Positions 47,356-59,290 of a DNA stretch of 64,000 bases are shown piece by piece; positions within the stretch are counted from its first letter, which is position 1, and the number at the start of each line of letters is the position of its first letter. Where the stretch lies: NCBI GenBank assembly GCA_965221125.1, contig CBDCRW010000002.1, positions 64,001 through 128,000 of the forward strand. The letters are read 5' to 3'. A program made the position numbers and the translations under genes. The notes under the pieces are model-generated. The model searched no databases. It was not told the DNA's origin and saw only the letters and a program-made list of their open reading frames with translations. The DNA comes from Alphaproteobacteria bacterium. Its GTDB lineage: Bacteria > Pseudomonadota > Alphaproteobacteria > UBA828.

Positions 47356-48351
47356 TCAGGCGTTCACGTCGACGACGACGCGGCCGCGTACGCCGCCGTC
47401 CAGGATGTCGTTGGCCCGCGCCACCACCTGATCGAGCGGCACCACCTCGGTCATCGCGTCGAGCGCGTCGCGCGGCAGGTCTTGCGCGAGCCGCTGCCAG
47501 GCCTCGCTGCGGGGCGCGGCCGGGCACATGACGGAATCGATGCCGATCAGGCTCACGCCCCGCAGGATGAAGGGCATGACCGTGGTCTTGAGGCCGGGGC
47601 CGCCGGCGAGGCCGCAGGCCGCGACTGCGCCGCCGTAGCGGGTCTCGGCGAGGACGTGGGCCAGCATCGCGCCGCCCACCGAATCCACGGCGCCGGCCCA
47701 GTGCTCGGAGAGCAGCGGCTTCTCGGGCGCCTCCGCCCGCTTGCCGCGGGGCAGCACCTCGCTCGCGCCGAGGCCGGTGAGATAGTCGCGGCATTCGGGC
47801 CGGCCGGAGATGGCGGCGACTTCGTAGCCGAGGCGCGCCAGCAGGGCGACCGAGACGCTGCCGACGCCGCCCGCAGCCCCGGTGACCGCCACCGGGCCCG
47901 CATCCTTGGCGACTCCCGCGCGCTCCAGCGCGATGACGCAGAGCATCGCCGTGAAGCCCGCCGTGCCGATGGCCATGGCCCACTTCGTGTCGCAGCCCTC
48001 GGGCAACGGCTGCAGCATGCGCGCCGGCACCCGCGCCCGCTGGGCGAAGCCGCCGGGGTGCCGCTCGCCGACGCCCCAGCCGGTGAGCACCACGGCCTGC
48101 CCCGGCGCGAAGTCCGGCGAGTCGCTGCTCTCCACCGTGCCGGCGAAATCGATCCCCGCGGTCATCGGGGGCCGCCTGATGATGGGCGCGCGCCCGGTCA
48201 GCGCCAGGCCGTCCTTGTAGTTGAGGCACGAGTAGTCGATGCGCACCGTCACCTCGCCTTCCGGCAGGTCGGCCTCGGCGAGTGTCCTGATCTCGGCGAC
48301 GACGCCGTCCTCTGTCCGATCGACGACGAGCGCCCGGTAGCTGTCTGTCAT
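47356..48351 (-). CDS. acuI: Acrylyl-CoA reductase AcuI/YhdH-family MDR oxidoreductase
   Basis: [34 protein letters not shown] and PFILRGV.L.GIDSV motifs. Confidence 0.85.
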   Translation of the reverse strand: MTDSYRALVVDRTEDGVVAEIRTLAEADLPEGEVTVRIDYSCLNYKDGLALTGRAPIIRRPPMTAGIDFAGTVESSDSPDFAPGQAVVLTGWGVGERHPGGFAQRARVPARMLQPLPEGCDTKWAMAIGTAGFTAMLCVIALERAGVAKDAGPVAVTGAAGGVGSVSVALLARLGYEVAAISGRPECRDYLTGLGASEVLPRGKRAEAPEKPLLSEHWAGAVDSVGGAMLAHVLAETRYGGAVAACGLAGGPGLKTTVMPFILRGVSLIGIDSVMCPAAPRSEAWQRLAQDLPRDALDAMTEVVPLDQVVARANDILDGGVRGRVVVDVNA

Positions 48352-48503
48352 TGCTCTGTCCCACCCCGTCTCGCGTGGCCCGTCTCATATCCGGCCCGGC
48401 GGGGCGAGGCAACCGTGGCGGACGTGCGCCCTGCTTGACAGGCGAAGCGCCCCGGCTAGAGTGCCGCGACTTCCGGGGCAGCCAAGGATTCGACACCGCC
48501 GCC

Positions 48504-50444
48504 ATGCCGACACTCTCGTTGCCGGACGGCGCGGCGCGCTCGTTCGACGCCCCCGTCACCGGCGCCGACCTCGCAGCAGCGATCGGCCCCGGCCTCGCCA
48601 AGGCGGCCCTCTTGATCGAGGTCGATGGCGAGCTGTGGGATCTCTCCCGGCCCATCGAGAACGACGCGGCGGTGCGCATCGTCACCGCGCGCGACGAGGA
48701 CGCGCTCGAGGTGCTGCGTCACGATTCCGCGCACCTGCTGGCCGAGGCGGTCAAGGAGCTGTACCCGGACGTCCAGGTGACCATCGGCCCCGCCATCGAG
48801 GACGGCTTCTACTACGACTTCGCCCGCGACGAGCCCTTCACGCCGGACGATCTGGAAGAGATCGAGGCGCGCATGGCCGAGATCAGGGCGCGCGACGAGA
48901 CGGTGGAGCGCGAGGTGTGGTCGCGGGACGACGCGGTCGCGCTGTTCCAGGACATGGGCGAGCTTTACAAGGCGGAGCTGATCGCGGCGATCCCCGACGG
49001 CGAGCCGATCACGCTCTATCGCCAGGGCGGCTTCGTCGACCTCTGTCGCGGGCCCCACCTGCCGTCCACCGGCAAGGTCGGCGCCTTCAAGCTGCTCAAG
49101 GTCGCCGGCGCCTACTGGCGGGGCGATGCGCGGAACGAGATGCTCCAGCGCATCTACGGCACCGCCTGGCCGGACCAGAAGCAGCTCAAGGCCTACCTGC
49201 ACCGGCTCGAGGAGGCCGAGAAGCGCGACCACCGCCGCCTCGGCCGCGAGATGAACCTCTTCCACTTTCAGGAGGAGGCGCCGGGCTCGGCATTCTGGCA
49301 CCCGAAGGGATGGACCCTCTTCCGCACGCTGGTCGACTACATGCGGGCGCGCCAGGATGCCGCCGGCTACCACGAGGTCAGCACGCCGGACATGATGGAC
49401 AGCGTGCTCTGGGAGGCGTCGGGCCACTGGCAGACCTTCCGCGAGCACATGTTCACCTCGCAGACCGAGGACGGCCGGCACTACGCCATCAAGCCGATGA
49501 ACTGCCCGGGCCACGTGCAGGTCTACAAGCGCGGCATCAAGAGCTACCGCGACCTGCCGCTCCGCATCTCGGAGTTCGGCAAGGTCCACCGCTACGAGCC
49601 CTCGGGCGCGCTGCACGGCCTGCTCCGCGTGCGCGCCTTCAGCCAGGACGACGCGCACATCTTCTGCACGCCGGAGCAGACCGAGGCCGAGTGCCGGGGC
49701 GTGACCGAGCTCTGCCTCGACATCTACCGCGACTTCGGCTTCGAGGACGTGCACATCAAGTTCGCCGACCGGCCGCCCAAGCGGATCGGCGCGGACGAGG
49801 TGTGGGACCGGCTCGAGGCGGCGCTCAAGGGCGCGTTGGAGAGCATGGGGATCGACTACAGCCACAACCCCGGCGAAGGCGCCTTCTACGGGCCGAAGCT
49901 CGAATTCGTGCTGCGCGACGCCATCGGCCGCGAGTGGCAGTGCGGCACGCTCCAGGTCGACCTCAACCTGCCGGAGCGCCTCGACGCGGTCTACGTCGGC
50001 GAGGACGGTGCGCGCCACCGGCCGGTGATGCTGCACCGGGCGCTGTTCGGCTCGCTCGAGCGCTTCATCGGCATCCTGCTGGAAAACTACAGCGGCCGCC
50101 TGCCGCTCTGGCTCTCGCCCACGCACGCCGTCGTGGCCACCATCACCGACCAGTCCGTCGACTACGCGAAGACGGTGAGCCGGCGCCTGCAGGCCGGCGG
50201 GCTGCGGGTCGAGACGGACCTGCGCAACGAGAAGATCGGCTACAAGGTGCGCGAGCACAGCGCAGCCAAGATCCCGCTGATCCTCGCCGTCGGCGCGCGG
50301 GAGGCCGAGCAGGGCACGGTCTCGATCCGCCGGCTCGGCTCCAGGGATCAAGAAAATCTTGCGCTGGACGAGGCCGTCACTACACTTTGCCGGCAAGCGG
50401 CCAGTCCGATTGTCAGGCGGGCCGCCCAGGAGGGCACGGGTTGA
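48504..50444 (+). CDS. thrS: Threonine--tRNA ligase
   Basis: [34 protein letters not shown] and HRA..GS.ERF motifs. Confidence 0.97.
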   Translation: MPTLSLPDGAARSFDAPVTGADLAAAIGPGLAKAALLIEVDGELWDLSRPIENDAAVRIVTARDEDALEVLRHDSAHLLAEAVKELYPDVQVTIGPAIEDGFYYDFARDEPFTPDDLEEIEARMAEIRARDETVEREVWSRDDAVALFQDMGELYKAELIAAIPDGEPITLYRQGGFVDLCRGPHLPSTGKVGAFKLLKVAGAYWRGDARNEMLQRIYGTAWPDQKQLKAYLHRLEEAEKRDHRRLGREMNLFHFQEEAPGSAFWHPKGWTLFRTLVDYMRARQDAAGYHEVSTPDMMDSVLWEASGHWQTFREHMFTSQTEDGRHYAIKPMNCPGHVQVYKRGIKSYRDLPLRISEFGKVHRYEPSGALHGLLRVRAFSQDDAHIFCTPEQTEAECRGVTELCLDIYRDFGFEDVHIKFADRPPKRIGADEVWDRLEAALKGALESMGIDYSHNPGEGAFYGPKLEFVLRDAIGREWQCGTLQVDLNLPERLDAVYVGEDGARHRPVMLHRALFGSLERFIGILLENYSGRLPLWLSPTHAVVATITDQSVDYAKTVSRRLQAGGLRVETDLRNEKIGYKVREHSAAKIPLILAVGAREAEQGTVSIRRLGSRDQENLALDEAVTTLCRQAASPIVRRAAQEGTG

Positions 50445-50509
50445 CGAAGCCACACCGTCCATGACGACGCTGTCAGGCCGCCCCGCGCCACGATGAAGGG
50501 AGGCGGAGG

Positions 50510-51046
50510 ATAGCGAGACATCCGGTCGCGGCACCACCGACGCGTGAAGGACCGCGCGTCAATGACGACATCCAGGCGGCGAATGTCCGCCTCATCGATC
50601 AGAACGGAGGGCAGGTCGGCGTAGTCGCCGTTGAGCGCGCGTTGGAGCTCGCGGACGAGACGGGGCTCGACCTGGTCGAGGTTGCGCCGGACGCGGAGCC
50701 GCCGGTCTGCAAGCTCCTCGACTTCGGCAAGTACAAGTACGAGGCCCAGAAGAAGGCCAGCGAAGCCCGCAAGAAGCAAAAGACGATCGACATCAAGGAG
50801 GTCAAGTTCCGGCCCGGCATCGACGACGCCGACTACGAGGTCAAGCTGCGCAACATCCGGCGCTTCCTGGACGAGGGCGACAAGGTCAAGGTGACCATGC
50901 GCTTTCGCGGACGCGAGATGGTGCACCAGAACATCGGCATGGACGTGCTTGCGCGCGTGCGCGATGACCTCGGCGAGCAGGCGAAGGTCGAGCAGATGCC
51001 GAAGATGGAGGGCCGCCAGATGACCATGGTCATGACCCGCAAGTAG
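50510..51046 (+). CDS. infC: Translation initiation factor IF-3 (probable non-canonical ATA start)
   Basis: In-frame GPRVN..I...VRLID upstream of the track ORF. LDLVEV, PPVCK and KEVKFRP motifs; GGAGG upstream. Confidence 0.93.
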   Translation: MARHPVAAPPTREGPRVNDDIQAANVRLIDQNGGQVGVVAVERALELADETGLDLVEVAPDAEPPVCKLLDFGKYKYEAQKKASEARKKQKTIDIKEVKFRPGIDDADYEVKLRNIRRFLDEGDKVKVTMRFRGREMVHQNIGMDVLARVRDDLGEQAKVEQMPKMEGRQMTMVMTRK

Positions 51047-51072
51047 GCGCCCGGCGGGCACGGAAGCCTGCA

Positions 51073-51522
51073 ATGCCCACGTGGAAACGCCTTCTCATCG
51101 CGTGGCTCTTCGTCCCGGTGCACCATTTCCTGTTCCGCCTCTCGGGCGGCCGCGTCCTCGGCAGTCTGGAAGGCACCGGGGTCCTCGTGCTCGTCACGAG
51201 AGGCCGCAAGAGCGGTGAGCCGCGCTCGTCGCCCCTGCTGTACTTCCAGTTCGAGGTTGCCGGCGACCTCATTGTCATCGCTTCGAACTACGGCCAGGAC
51301 CGCCATCCCGCGTGGTACTTGAACGTCGCCGCCGACCCGATCGTATCCGTCGAGACCCGCGGCGAGCGCTTCGAGGCCGAGGCCCGCATAACCCAGGGAG
51401 AGGAACGCACTGCGCTCTACGACAGAGTGGTTGCGGCAAATCCACGCTACGCCACCTACCGCGCCAGCACGCGCCGCCAGATCCCCGTCGTCGCGCTCCG
51501 CCGCGCCCGGCCGTCGGCCTGA
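51073..51522 (+). CDS. Deazaflavin(F420)-dependent nitroreductase-family (Ddn-like) protein
   Basis: L.TRGRKSG.PR..PL, IAS..G...HPAWYLN..A.P and Y..Y...T.R.IP motifs. Confidence 0.88.
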   Translation: MPTWKRLLIAWLFVPVHHFLFRLSGGRVLGSLEGTGVLVLVTRGRKSGEPRSSPLLYFQFEVAGDLIVIASNYGQDRHPAWYLNVAADPIVSVETRGERFEAEARITQGEERTALYDRVVAANPRYATYRASTRRQIPVVALRRARPSA

Positions 51523-51678
51523 GGGGCAGCCGGGGAGGACGCAGGCTTTCGCCCGCGTGTCTCTGCGGCTTCCGGGATACCCGCCTACGCCCTTGAAACC
51601 TGCGGGCGCAGCGAGTAAAAGGGCGCGCGCCCGGCGCCCCCTCTTCACCCGAGAAACGACGAGAAACGCGAGACGCTT

Positions 51679-51876
51679 ATGTCCAAGCTCAAGTCCAAGA
51701 GCAGCGCCAAGAAGCGGTTCTCCGCCACGGGGCGCGGCAAGCTCCGCCGGCGCACGGCCTTCCACCGGCACAACCTGACCAAGCGCGCGAAGAAAGTGAA
51801 GCGCAACCAGCGCGGAGCGAAGACGCTGTCCGCGTCGGATGCGGCGATCGTGCGGCCGTTCCTGCCTTATCTCTGA
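51679..51876 (+). CDS. rpmI: 50S ribosomal protein L35
   Basis: M.KLK.KS.AKKRF..TG.GK...H.L.K. Confidence 0.97.
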   Translation: MSKLKSKSSAKKRFSATGRGKLRRRTAFHRHNLTKRAKKVKRNQRGAKTLSASDAAIVRPFLPYL

Positions 51877-51897
51877 GCGCGGCGGAGGACTCCTCGA

Positions 51898-52263
51898 ATG
51901 GCACGGATCAAGCGGGGCGTGACCACCCACGCCCGGCACAAGAAGGTGCTGAAGATGGCGCGCGGCTATCGCGGTCGCAGCAACTCCAGCTACCGGGTGG
52001 CCCTCGGCCGGGTCGAGAAGGCGCTGCAGTACGCCTATCGCGACCGGCGTACGCGCAAGCGCCGCTTCCGCGCGCTCTGGATCCAGCGGATCAACGCCGC
52101 CGCCCGCGAGCACGGGCTCACCTATTCGCAGCTCATGCACGGCCTCGCGCTCGCGAAGATCGATATCGACCGCAAGGTGCTGGCCGACCTCGCCGTCCGC
52201 GAGCCGGCGGCGTTCGCGGCCGTCGTGGAGCAGGCGCGGAGCGCGCACGGCGCGACCGGCTGA
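51898..52263 (+). CDS. rplT: 50S ribosomal protein L20
   Basis: MAR.KRG, YAYRDRR.RKR.FR.LWI.RINAA and DRKVLADLA motifs. Confidence 0.97.
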   Translation: MARIKRGVTTHARHKKVLKMARGYRGRSNSSYRVALGRVEKALQYAYRDRRTRKRRFRALWIQRINAAAREHGLTYSQLMHGLALAKIDIDRKVLADLAVREPAAFAAVVEQARSAHGATG

Positions 52264-52312
52264 TCGGCCGCCGCCCCCGCCGGGGGTGAGGACGGCCGAC
52301 GGAGAGTGTTCC

Positions 52313-53389
52313 TTGGAAGACCTCCCCGCCCTGGAAGAGCGCATGCTGGCCGGGATCGAGACGGCCGGCGACCTGCCCGCGCTGGAGCAGGCGCGCGTGG
52401 CAGCCCTCGGCAAGAAGTCGCCGCTCACCCAGGCGATGAAGGGCCTGGGCGGTCTCGACATCGACGCCCGCAAGGAGGCCGGCGCGCGCCTCAATCAGAT
52501 CAAGCGTCGGCTCGCCGATGCCGTCGACGCGCGGCGTGCGGCGCTGGAGCGCACTGCCCTGGACGAGCGCCTCGCCACCGAGCGCGTGGACGTGACGCTC
52601 CCGCCCCGCCCGGAGGCGGACGGCACCGTTCATCCCATCAGCCAGGTGCTGGATGAGCTGATCGCGATCCTCGCCGACATGGGCTTCCGCGTCGTCGAGG
52701 GGCCGGATATCGAGGACGACTTTCACAACTTCACGGCGCTCAACATCCCGCCGGAGCATCCGGCGCGGCAGATGCACGACACCTTCTACTTCGGCGCCGA
52801 CGAAGCGGGCGAGCGCATGCTGCTCCGAACCCATACCTCGCCGGTGCAGATCCGCCACATGCAGGCCGAGCCGCCGCCGCACCGCATCATCGCGCCGGGG
52901 CGCACCTACCGCTGCGACTACGACATCACGCACACGCCCATGTTCCACCAGATCGAGGGGCTGGTGATCGACGAGAGCACCCACATGGGCCATCTCAAGG
53001 GCTGCCTCATCGATCTCGCGCGGGCCTTCTTCGAGGTGGAAGACCTGCCGGTGCGCTTCCGCCCGAGCTACTTCCCCTTCACCGAGCCCTCGGCCGAGAT
53101 GGACATCGGCTGCTCGCGCGAAGGCGGGGGCTTGCGCATCGGCCACGGCGCCGACTGGATGGAGATCCTCGGCTGCGGCATGGTGCACCCGAGGGTGCTG
53201 GAGATCGTGGGGCTCGATCCCGCGCGCTACCAGGGCTTCGCCTTCGGCCTCGGCGTCGAGCGCCCGGCCATGCTCAAGTACGGCATCCCGGACCTCCGCA
53301 GCTTCTTCGACGCCGACCTGCGCTGGCTGCGCCACTACGGCTTCGCGCCCTTCGACGTGCCCAGCCTCGCCGCGGGGCTGAGCGCGTGA
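52313..53389 (+). CDS. pheS: Phenylalanine--tRNA ligase alpha subunit (TTG start assumed)
   Basis: HPAR.MHDTFY, LRTHTSP.Q, FRPSYFPFTEPS and GFAFG.G.ER motifs. Confidence 0.96.
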   Translation: MEDLPALEERMLAGIETAGDLPALEQARVAALGKKSPLTQAMKGLGGLDIDARKEAGARLNQIKRRLADAVDARRAALERTALDERLATERVDVTLPPRPEADGTVHPISQVLDELIAILADMGFRVVEGPDIEDDFHNFTALNIPPEHPARQMHDTFYFGADEAGERMLLRTHTSPVQIRHMQAEPPPHRIIAPGRTYRCDYDITHTPMFHQIEGLVIDESTHMGHLKGCLIDLARAFFEVEDLPVRFRPSYFPFTEPSAEMDIGCSREGGGLRIGHGADWMEILGCGMVHPRVLEIVGLDPARYQGFAFGLGVERPAMLKYGIPDLRSFFDADLRWLRHYGFAPFDVPSLAAGLSA

Positions 53390-55794
53390 AGTTCACCCTC
53401 TCCTGGCTGAAGACGCACCTGGAGACGGATGCGTCGGTCGACGCCATCGCGGCCAAGCTCACCGCGGTCGGCCTCGAGGTGGAAGGGGTGCGCCGCCCCG
53501 GCGACGAGCTCGCGCCGTTTACCGTGGCCCACGTGGTCGAGGCGCGGCAGCACCCGAACGCCGACAAGCTGAGCCTCTGCGTGGTCGACACGGGCACAAG
53601 CCAAGTGGAGGTGGTCTGCGGCGCACCCAACGCCAGAACCGGCATGAAGGGCGTCTTCGCGCCGCCCGGCACGACCATTCCCGGCACCGGCGTGGTGCTG
53701 AAGAAGGCGAAGATCAGGGGCGTCGAGAGCTGCGGCATGCTCTGCTCCGAGCGCGAGATGGGCCTGAGCGACGAGCACGAGGGGATCATCGAGCTCGACG
53801 CCGACGCCCCGGTGGGCACGCCCTTCGCCGAGATCATGGGCTTGGACGACCCGCTGTTCGACATCGCGATCACGCCCAACCGCGGCGATTGCCTGGGCGT
53901 CCACGGCATCGCCCGCGACCTCGCGGCCGCCGGCCTTGGGCGGCTCAGGACCGCCGAGATCGAGCCCGTCGCCAGCGCGTACAAGAGCCCCATCGACGTG
54001 ATCCTCGATTTTCCGGGCGAGGGCCCAAGCCCCTGCCCCCTCTTCCTCGGCCGCTACGTGCGGGGCGTGAAGAACTGCGAGAGCCCCCGCTGGCTGAAGG
54101 AGAGGCTCACCTCCATCGGCCTGCGCCCGATCTCCGCGCTGGTCGACCTCACCAATTACCTCACCATCGACCGCAACCGGCCCGTGCACGTCTTCGACGC
54201 CGGCAAGGTGAAGGGCGACATCTGGCTCCGGCTCGGGCAGGGCGGCGCCGCCTTCGCCGCGCTCAACGGCAAGGAGTACGCGCTCGGCGACGCGATGACC
54301 GCCATCGGCGACGAGAGCGGCGTCATCAGCCTCGCCGGCGTCATGGGGGGCGAGCCCACGGGCTGCACGATGGAGACGACGGACGTCTTCATCGAGATCG
54401 CGCTGTTCGACCCCGTGCGCACGGCGGCGACCGGGCGCGCGTTCAACCTGGAGAGCGACGCCCGCTACCGCTTCGAGCGGGGCGTCGATCCGGCCTTCGC
54501 GGGGCCCGGCATGGAGCTGATGACCCGCCTCGTGATCGAGCTCTGCGGCGGCGAGGCGAGCGAGGTCGTGGTCGCAGGCGCGGAGCCCGCATGGCGGCGC
54601 GAGATCGCCTTCCGCCCGTCCCGCGTCAAGGCGCTCGGCGGCGTGGACGTCGCGCGCTCGGACTCCCTCGGCATCCTCGCGAGCCTGGGCTTCGCCTGCG
54701 AGGAGCAGGACGAGGACCGGGTGGCGGTGCGGCCTCCGCCCTGGCGCGGCGACATCGTCGGTGAAGCGGACCTTGTCGAAGAGGTGCTGCGGATCGCGGG
54801 CTTCGACCGAATCCCGTCCGTCTCCCTCACGCCCACCGCAGCCGAGCGGGCGCGGCCCGCGCTCTCGCCCACGCGCCGCCGGCTCGGCGCCGTGCGCCGC
54901 TCGCTCACCGCGCGCGGCATGTTCGAGGCCGTGACCTGGTCGTTCGTGCCCAGGCAGCACGCGGCGCTCTTCGGCGGCGGCGGGGACGAACTGGTGCTGG
55001 CGAACCCGATCAATGCCGAGCTCGACGCCATGCGCCCCTCGATCCTGCCCAACCTGATCGAAGCCTGCCGGCGCAACGCGGACCGCGGCCTCGGCGACGT
55101 CGCGCTGTTCGAGACCGGCCCCGTCTACGACGGCACCAGCCCTGAGGATCAGCGTTCCCACGTCACGGGCGTCCGCGCCGCCGCGGCGGTGCCGCGCAAC
55201 TGGCACGGGGCCGAGCGGCCAGTCGATCCCTTCGACTCCAAGGCCGATGCGCTTTCTACGCTCGACGCGGCCGGCGTCCCGCTCGGCAGGCTCCAGACCA
55301 GGGCGGAGGGGCCCGCGTGGTACCACCCCGGCCGGGTCGGCACCCTCGGGCTCGGGCCCAATGCGCTGGCCCATTTCGGCGAGCTGCATCCCGGCGTTCT
55401 CGCCGAACTCAGGGCCGAGGGGCCGATGGTGGGCTTCGAGGTGATGGTGGACGCGCTGCCCAGGCCCAAGGCGAAGGCGACGCGCGCGAGACCGCCCCTC
55501 GCCGCCTCCGACTATCCGGCGGCAGAGCGCGACTTCGCCTTCATCCTCGACAGCACGGTCCCGGCGGCGGAGGTGGAGCGCGCCGCCCGCAACGCCGAGA
55601 AGGCGCTCATCAAGGCGGTCACGGTGTTCGACGTCTACGCCGGCCCCGGCATCGAGGACGACAAGAAATCGCTTGCGATCACCGTGCGCCTGGAGGCGCG
55701 GGACCGCACGCTGACCGACCCGGAAATCGACGCGGCGGCCGCGAAGATCGTCGCCAACGTGGCGAAGATCACCGGCGGCGTGCTGCGCGGTTGA
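53386..55794 (+). CDS. pheT: Phenylalanine--tRNA ligase beta subunit
   Basis: KF..SWL, HPNADKL, VCGAPN, TPNRGD.L and RFERGVD motifs, plus FDX-ACB domain. Confidence 0.97.
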   Translation: MKFTLSWLKTHLETDASVDAIAAKLTAVGLEVEGVRRPGDELAPFTVAHVVEARQHPNADKLSLCVVDTGTSQVEVVCGAPNARTGMKGVFAPPGTTIPGTGVVLKKAKIRGVESCGMLCSEREMGLSDEHEGIIELDADAPVGTPFAEIMGLDDPLFDIAITPNRGDCLGVHGIARDLAAAGLGRLRTAEIEPVASAYKSPIDVILDFPGEGPSPCPLFLGRYVRGVKNCESPRWLKERLTSIGLRPISALVDLTNYLTIDRNRPVHVFDAGKVKGDIWLRLGQGGAAFAALNGKEYALGDAMTAIGDESGVISLAGVMGGEPTGCTMETTDVFIEIALFDPVRTAATGRAFNLESDARYRFERGVDPAFAGPGMELMTRLVIELCGGEASEVVVAGAEPAWRREIAFRPSRVKALGGVDVARSDSLGILASLGFACEEQDEDRVAVRPPPWRGDIVGEADLVEEVLRIAGFDRIPSVSLTPTAAERARPALSPTRRRLGAVRRSLTARGMFEAVTWSFVPRQHAALFGGGGDELVLANPINAELDAMRPSILPNLIEACRRNADRGLGDVALFETGPVYDGTSPEDQRSHVTGVRAAAAVPRNWHGAERPVDPFDSKADALSTLDAAGVPLGRLQTRAEGPAWYHPGRVGTLGLGPNALAHFGELHPGVLAELRAEGPMVGFEVMVDALPRPKAKATRARPPLAASDYPAAERDFAFILDSTVPAAEVERAARNAEKALIKAVTVFDVYAGPGIEDDKKSLAITVRLEARDRTLTDPEIDAAAAKIVANVAKITGGVLRG

Positions 55795-55832
55795 GCGCGC
55801 CTGCGCGCGGGCGAAGGGTTCGGGCCGCCCCC

Positions 55833-57635
55833 ATGAGCGACCTCGCGCGCATCCGCAATGTCGCGATCATCGCCCACATCGACCACGGCAAGTCCACGCT
55901 TGCTGACCGGCTGATCGAGCGCTGCGGCGGCCTGCAGAAGCGCGAGATGACCAGCCAGGTGCTCGATTCCATGGAGCTGGAGCGCGAGCGCGGCATCACG
56001 ATCAAGGCGCAGACGGTGCGCCTCGCCCATCGCGGTGCCGACGGCACGGAGCACGTGGTCAACCTGGTGGACACGCCCGGCCACGTGGATTTCTCCTACG
56101 AGGTGAGCCGCTCTCTTGCGGCATGCGAAGGCTCGCTGCTGGTGGTCGACGCCACGCAAGGCGTGGAGGCGCAGACGCTGGCCAACGCCTACCAGGCGGT
56201 GGACCACGACCACGAGATCGTCCCGGTGCTCAACAAGATGGACCTCGCCTCGGCCGAGCCGGAGCGGGTCAAGCGGCAGATCGAGGACGTGATCGGCATC
56301 GACGCGTCCGGCGCCGTCGAGGTCTCGGCCAAGACCGGGCACGGCATCGAGGCCGTGCTGGACGCGCTGATCGCCCGCCTGCCCGCGCCCGAGGGCGACG
56401 CCGACGCCCCGCTCACGGCGCTGCTGGTGGATAGCTGGTACGACCCCTATCTCGGCGTGGTGATCCTGGTGCGCGTCCTGCACGGGCGGCTTACGGCAGG
56501 CATGAAGATCCGCATGATGGCGTCAGGCGCCGAGCACGACGTCGAGCGCGTCGGCGTGTTCACGCCCAAGAAGACGCTGGTGGACAGCCTGGGCCCCGGC
56601 GAGATCGGCTTCATCACCGCCGCCATCAAGGACGTGGGCGACTGCGACGTGGGCGACACCATCACCGCGGTCCGCCGGCCTGCGGCGGCGGCGCTGCCGG
56701 GCTTTCGCCCCAGCGTGCCGGTGGTCTTCTGCGGCCTCTTCCCGGTCGATTCCAACGACTACGAGCGGCTGCGCGAAAGCCTCGCCAAGCTCCGCCTCAA
56801 CGATTCGAGCTTCCACCACGACGCGGAAAGCTCGCCCGCGCTGGGCTTCGGCTTCCGCTGCGGCTTCCTCGGCCTGCTCCACCTGGAGATCGTGCAGGAG
56901 CGGCTGGAGCGCGAGTTCGGCCTCGATCTCGTCGCGACCGCACCGAGCGTGGTCTACCGCGTGACGCTCACCGACGGCGACGAACTATCGCTCCACAATC
57001 CGGCGGACATGCCGGACCCGACGCGGATCAAGCGCATCGACGAGCCCTGGATCCACGCGACCATCCTGGTGCCGGACGAGCACCTGGGCGGCGTGCTCGC
57101 GCTCTGCGAGGAGAAGCGCGGCATCCAGCAGGACCTCACCTACGCCGGCAACCGGGCGATGGTGATCTATCGCCTGCCGCTCAACGAGGTCGTCTTCGAC
57201 TTCTACGACCGGCTGAAGTCGGTCTCGCGCGGCTACGCGAGCTTCGACTACCGGCTCGAGGACTACCTGGAGAGCGACCTGGTCAAGCTCGCCATCATGA
57301 TCAACGGCGAGCCGGTGGACGCGCTGGCGCTGATCGCCCACCGCAGCCAAGCCGAGCGGCGCGGCCGCGCGCTCTGCGTCCGCCTCAAGGAGCTGATCCC
57401 GCGCCAGCTCTTCAAGATCGCGATCCAGGCCGCGATCGGCGGCAAGGTCATCGCCCGCGAGACGGTGAGCCCGCTGCGCAAGGACGTGCTGGCGAAGTGC
57501 TACGGCGGCGACGTGACGCGCAAGCGCAAGCTTCTCGAGAAGCAGAAGAAGGGCAAGAAGCGCATGCGCCAGATCGGCAACGTCGAGATTCCGCAGGAGG
57601 CGTTTCTCGCCGCCCTCAAGATGGGGGAGCCTTAG
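55833..57635 (+). CDS. lepA: Elongation factor 4
   Basis: [35 protein letters not shown] and KCYGGD.TRK.KLL motifs. Confidence 0.97.
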   Translation: MSDLARIRNVAIIAHIDHGKSTLADRLIERCGGLQKREMTSQVLDSMELERERGITIKAQTVRLAHRGADGTEHVVNLVDTPGHVDFSYEVSRSLAACEGSLLVVDATQGVEAQTLANAYQAVDHDHEIVPVLNKMDLASAEPERVKRQIEDVIGIDASGAVEVSAKTGHGIEAVLDALIARLPAPEGDADAPLTALLVDSWYDPYLGVVILVRVLHGRLTAGMKIRMMASGAEHDVERVGVFTPKKTLVDSLGPGEIGFITAAIKDVGDCDVGDTITAVRRPAAAALPGFRPSVPVVFCGLFPVDSNDYERLRESLAKLRLNDSSFHHDAESSPALGFGFRCGFLGLLHLEIVQERLEREFGLDLVATAPSVVYRVTLTDGDELSLHNPADMPDPTRIKRIDEPWIHATILVPDEHLGGVLALCEEKRGIQQDLTYAGNRAMVIYRLPLNEVVFDFYDRLKSVSRGYASFDYRLEDYLESDLVKLAIMINGEPVDALALIAHRSQAERRGRALCVRLKELIPRQLFKIAIQAAIGGKVIARETVSPLRKDVLAKCYGGDVTRKRKLLEKQKKGKKRMRQIGNVEIPQEAFLAALKMGEP

Positions 57636-57811
57636 ATCGCTTCCGCGTTTCGCGGAACCGATCTAAGTATTTCTCGCTCACGGCAGCTGGCCTGCGGCCA
57701 GCGCCTCCGCGTCGCGCGGTCACGCGCGCAGGGGCGCGCGATGTGCCCCGCATTCGCGGCGGGCCGCGGTTGCGGCCTGTCGCGCGTCCGTCGAGGACGA
57801 ACGCGCTCTGG
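57631..57811 (+). repeat. Structured intergenic repeat, copy 2
   Basis: Same core (57674-57687) and hairpins as copies 1 and 3. The first hairpin overlaps the lepA TAG. Confidence 0.85.
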
Positions 57812-57845
57812 CTCGGACGTTGGACGGGGATGCCGGCCCGGCGCC

Positions 57846-58151
57846 TCACGACCAGATCTTGCGTTGCCGGCGCCGGCTGAGCAGGAGCAGCAGTGCCGCC
57901 GGCACGAGAGGAATCGCCCAGGCCGGCCCGCGCAGCACCGGCAGCACGATGTCGGACCAGAGCCAGGGAGCGATCTTTTTCTCGATCAGGGCCTGGAAGC
58001 CGACGAGGCTGTTCCCGTCGAACATGAACCATAGCTCGCCGCCCGAGATCAGGCGGTAGCCGCCGCCGGCCACCGCGCTGTAGACCTCGTGGCCGAACAC
58101 CGCGAGAAACACGAGCAGGAGCACGACCCCGACGAGGCGAACGATCACCAT
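57846..58151 (-). CDS. Small membrane protein of unknown function (101 aa)
   Basis: SD AGGAGAGG, two hydrophobic segments, G.LW...D..SL...Q..IE....PWLW pattern and a basic tail. Confidence 0.75.
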   Translation of the reverse strand: MVIVRLVGVVLLLVFLAVFGHEVYSAVAGGGYRLISGGELWFMFDGNSLVGFQALIEKKIAPWLWSDIVLPVLRGPAWAIPLVPAALLLLLSRRRQRKIWS

Positions 58152-58227
58152 ATGACCTCTCCTTTCGACCAATATGGTGTCTCGCGTATTGCAGCGCCAG
58201 ACGTTGTTGCTATTGTTCCGCCGCCCC

Positions 58228-58315
58228 GGAGGGATGGCCGAGTGGTTTAAGGCGCACGCCTGGAAAGCGTGTTCACCGAAAGGTGTCCGGGGTTCGAATC
58301 CCCGTCCCTCCGCCA
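58228..58315 (+). tRNA. tRNA-Ser(GGA)
   Basis: GGAGGGATGGCCGAGTGG...CACGC-CT-GGA-AA-GCGTG, long variable arm, GGTTCGAATCC...TCCCTCCGCCA. Confidence 0.96.
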
Positions 58316-58396
58316 TATTTTGCCGCTCACGCCTGGAATCGCACGAAGATTTGAACGGCCGGCGAGCGTCCGCGGAGTGCGGCAGTCGGCGGCGGT

Positions 58397-58810
58397 TCAG
58401 GCCGTATCCCGCCCCCGGAGCATGTCGCGGAGCGTGCAGAGCTCGTCGAGAACGCGGGCGGCGCGGGCGCGGGCTTCGGCGTCGAGAGGTCCATCCGCCG
58501 CGTCCGTTTCCGGCGCCTCGGGCGCGGCGGCCGGTCGCGACGCCCGCTCGCGCAGCAGCTTCTGCACGCCGCGCACGGTGTATCCCTCGGCGTGGAGCAA
58601 GTGGCGGATGTGGCGCAGCAGCGCCACGTCCTCGGGCCGGTAGTAGCGCCGCCCGCCGCCCCGCTTGAGCGGCCTGATCTGCGGAAACTTGGTCTCCCAG
58701 AAGCGCAGCACGTGCTGCGGCACGGCGAGCGCCTCCGAGACCTCGCCGATGGTGCGGAACGCGTCCGGCGATTTCGGAACGCCCGCGCCTGCGGGCTCCG
58801 CACCCTGCAT
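58397..58810 (-). CDS. MerR-family regulator downstream of ihfA
   Basis: [12 protein letters not shown]...[10 protein letters not shown]...P.KR.GGRRYYR. Confidence 0.92.
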   Translation of the reverse strand: MQGAEPAGAGVPKSPDAFRTIGEVSEALAVPQHVLRFWETKFPQIRPLKRGGGRRYYRPEDVALLRHIRHLLHAEGYTVRGVQKLLRERASRPAAAPEAPETDAADGPLDAEARARAARVLDELCTLRDMLRGRDTA

Positions 58811-58813
58811 CGT

Positions 58814-59182
58814 CTAGTAGGAGGGCGGCCCGTCGGGCCGCTCGAAGTCCGCCGCCGTCTCCGCGCCCTCGCCCTCTTCGGCGGGCGCGAGCGAGCTGTT
58901 GATGCGGTCCTTCAACACGTGGGACGCGCGGAACACCAGGACGCGGCGCGGCAGGATCGGCACCTCCTCGCCGGTCTTGGGATTGCGGCCGATACGCTGG
59001 CCCTTCATCCGCGCGCTGAAGCTGCCGAAGGAGGAAATCTTTACCGGCTCGCCGCGCGCGAGCGCGTCGGCCATCAGGTCGAGCACGGACTCGACCAGAT
59101 CCGCCGATTCCTTTCGTGACAGGCCGATTTCGCGGAAGACAGCCTCGGCGAGATCGGCGCGGGTGACCGTTCGCCCGGCCAT
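58814..59182 (-). CDS. ihfA: Integration host factor alpha subunit
   Basis: T.TRADLAE, VKISSFG.F and [20 protein letters not shown] motifs. Confidence 0.96.
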   Translation of the reverse strand: MAGRTVTRADLAEAVFREIGLSRKESADLVESVLDLMADALARGEPVKISSFGSFSARMKGQRIGRNPKTGEEVPILPRRVLVFRASHVLKDRINSSLAPAEEGEGAETAADFERPDGPPSY

Positions 59183-59290
59183 TGTTTCCCGCCTCCCTTA
59201 TGACGGCGGCCACGGTAATGCCTTGCGGCGCCAGCGTCAACCACGACTCGCATGGCGGGCGGCTTTCAATTGTCGGGCGGGATCAGCGCC

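Noticed and set aside
9349-58315. A 49-kb island bounded by the 9336-9349 fragment and tRNA-Ser(GGA)
   Set aside because: Only 10 nt are shared, the fragment lies upstream of the tRNA, and the interval holds essential housekeeping genes.
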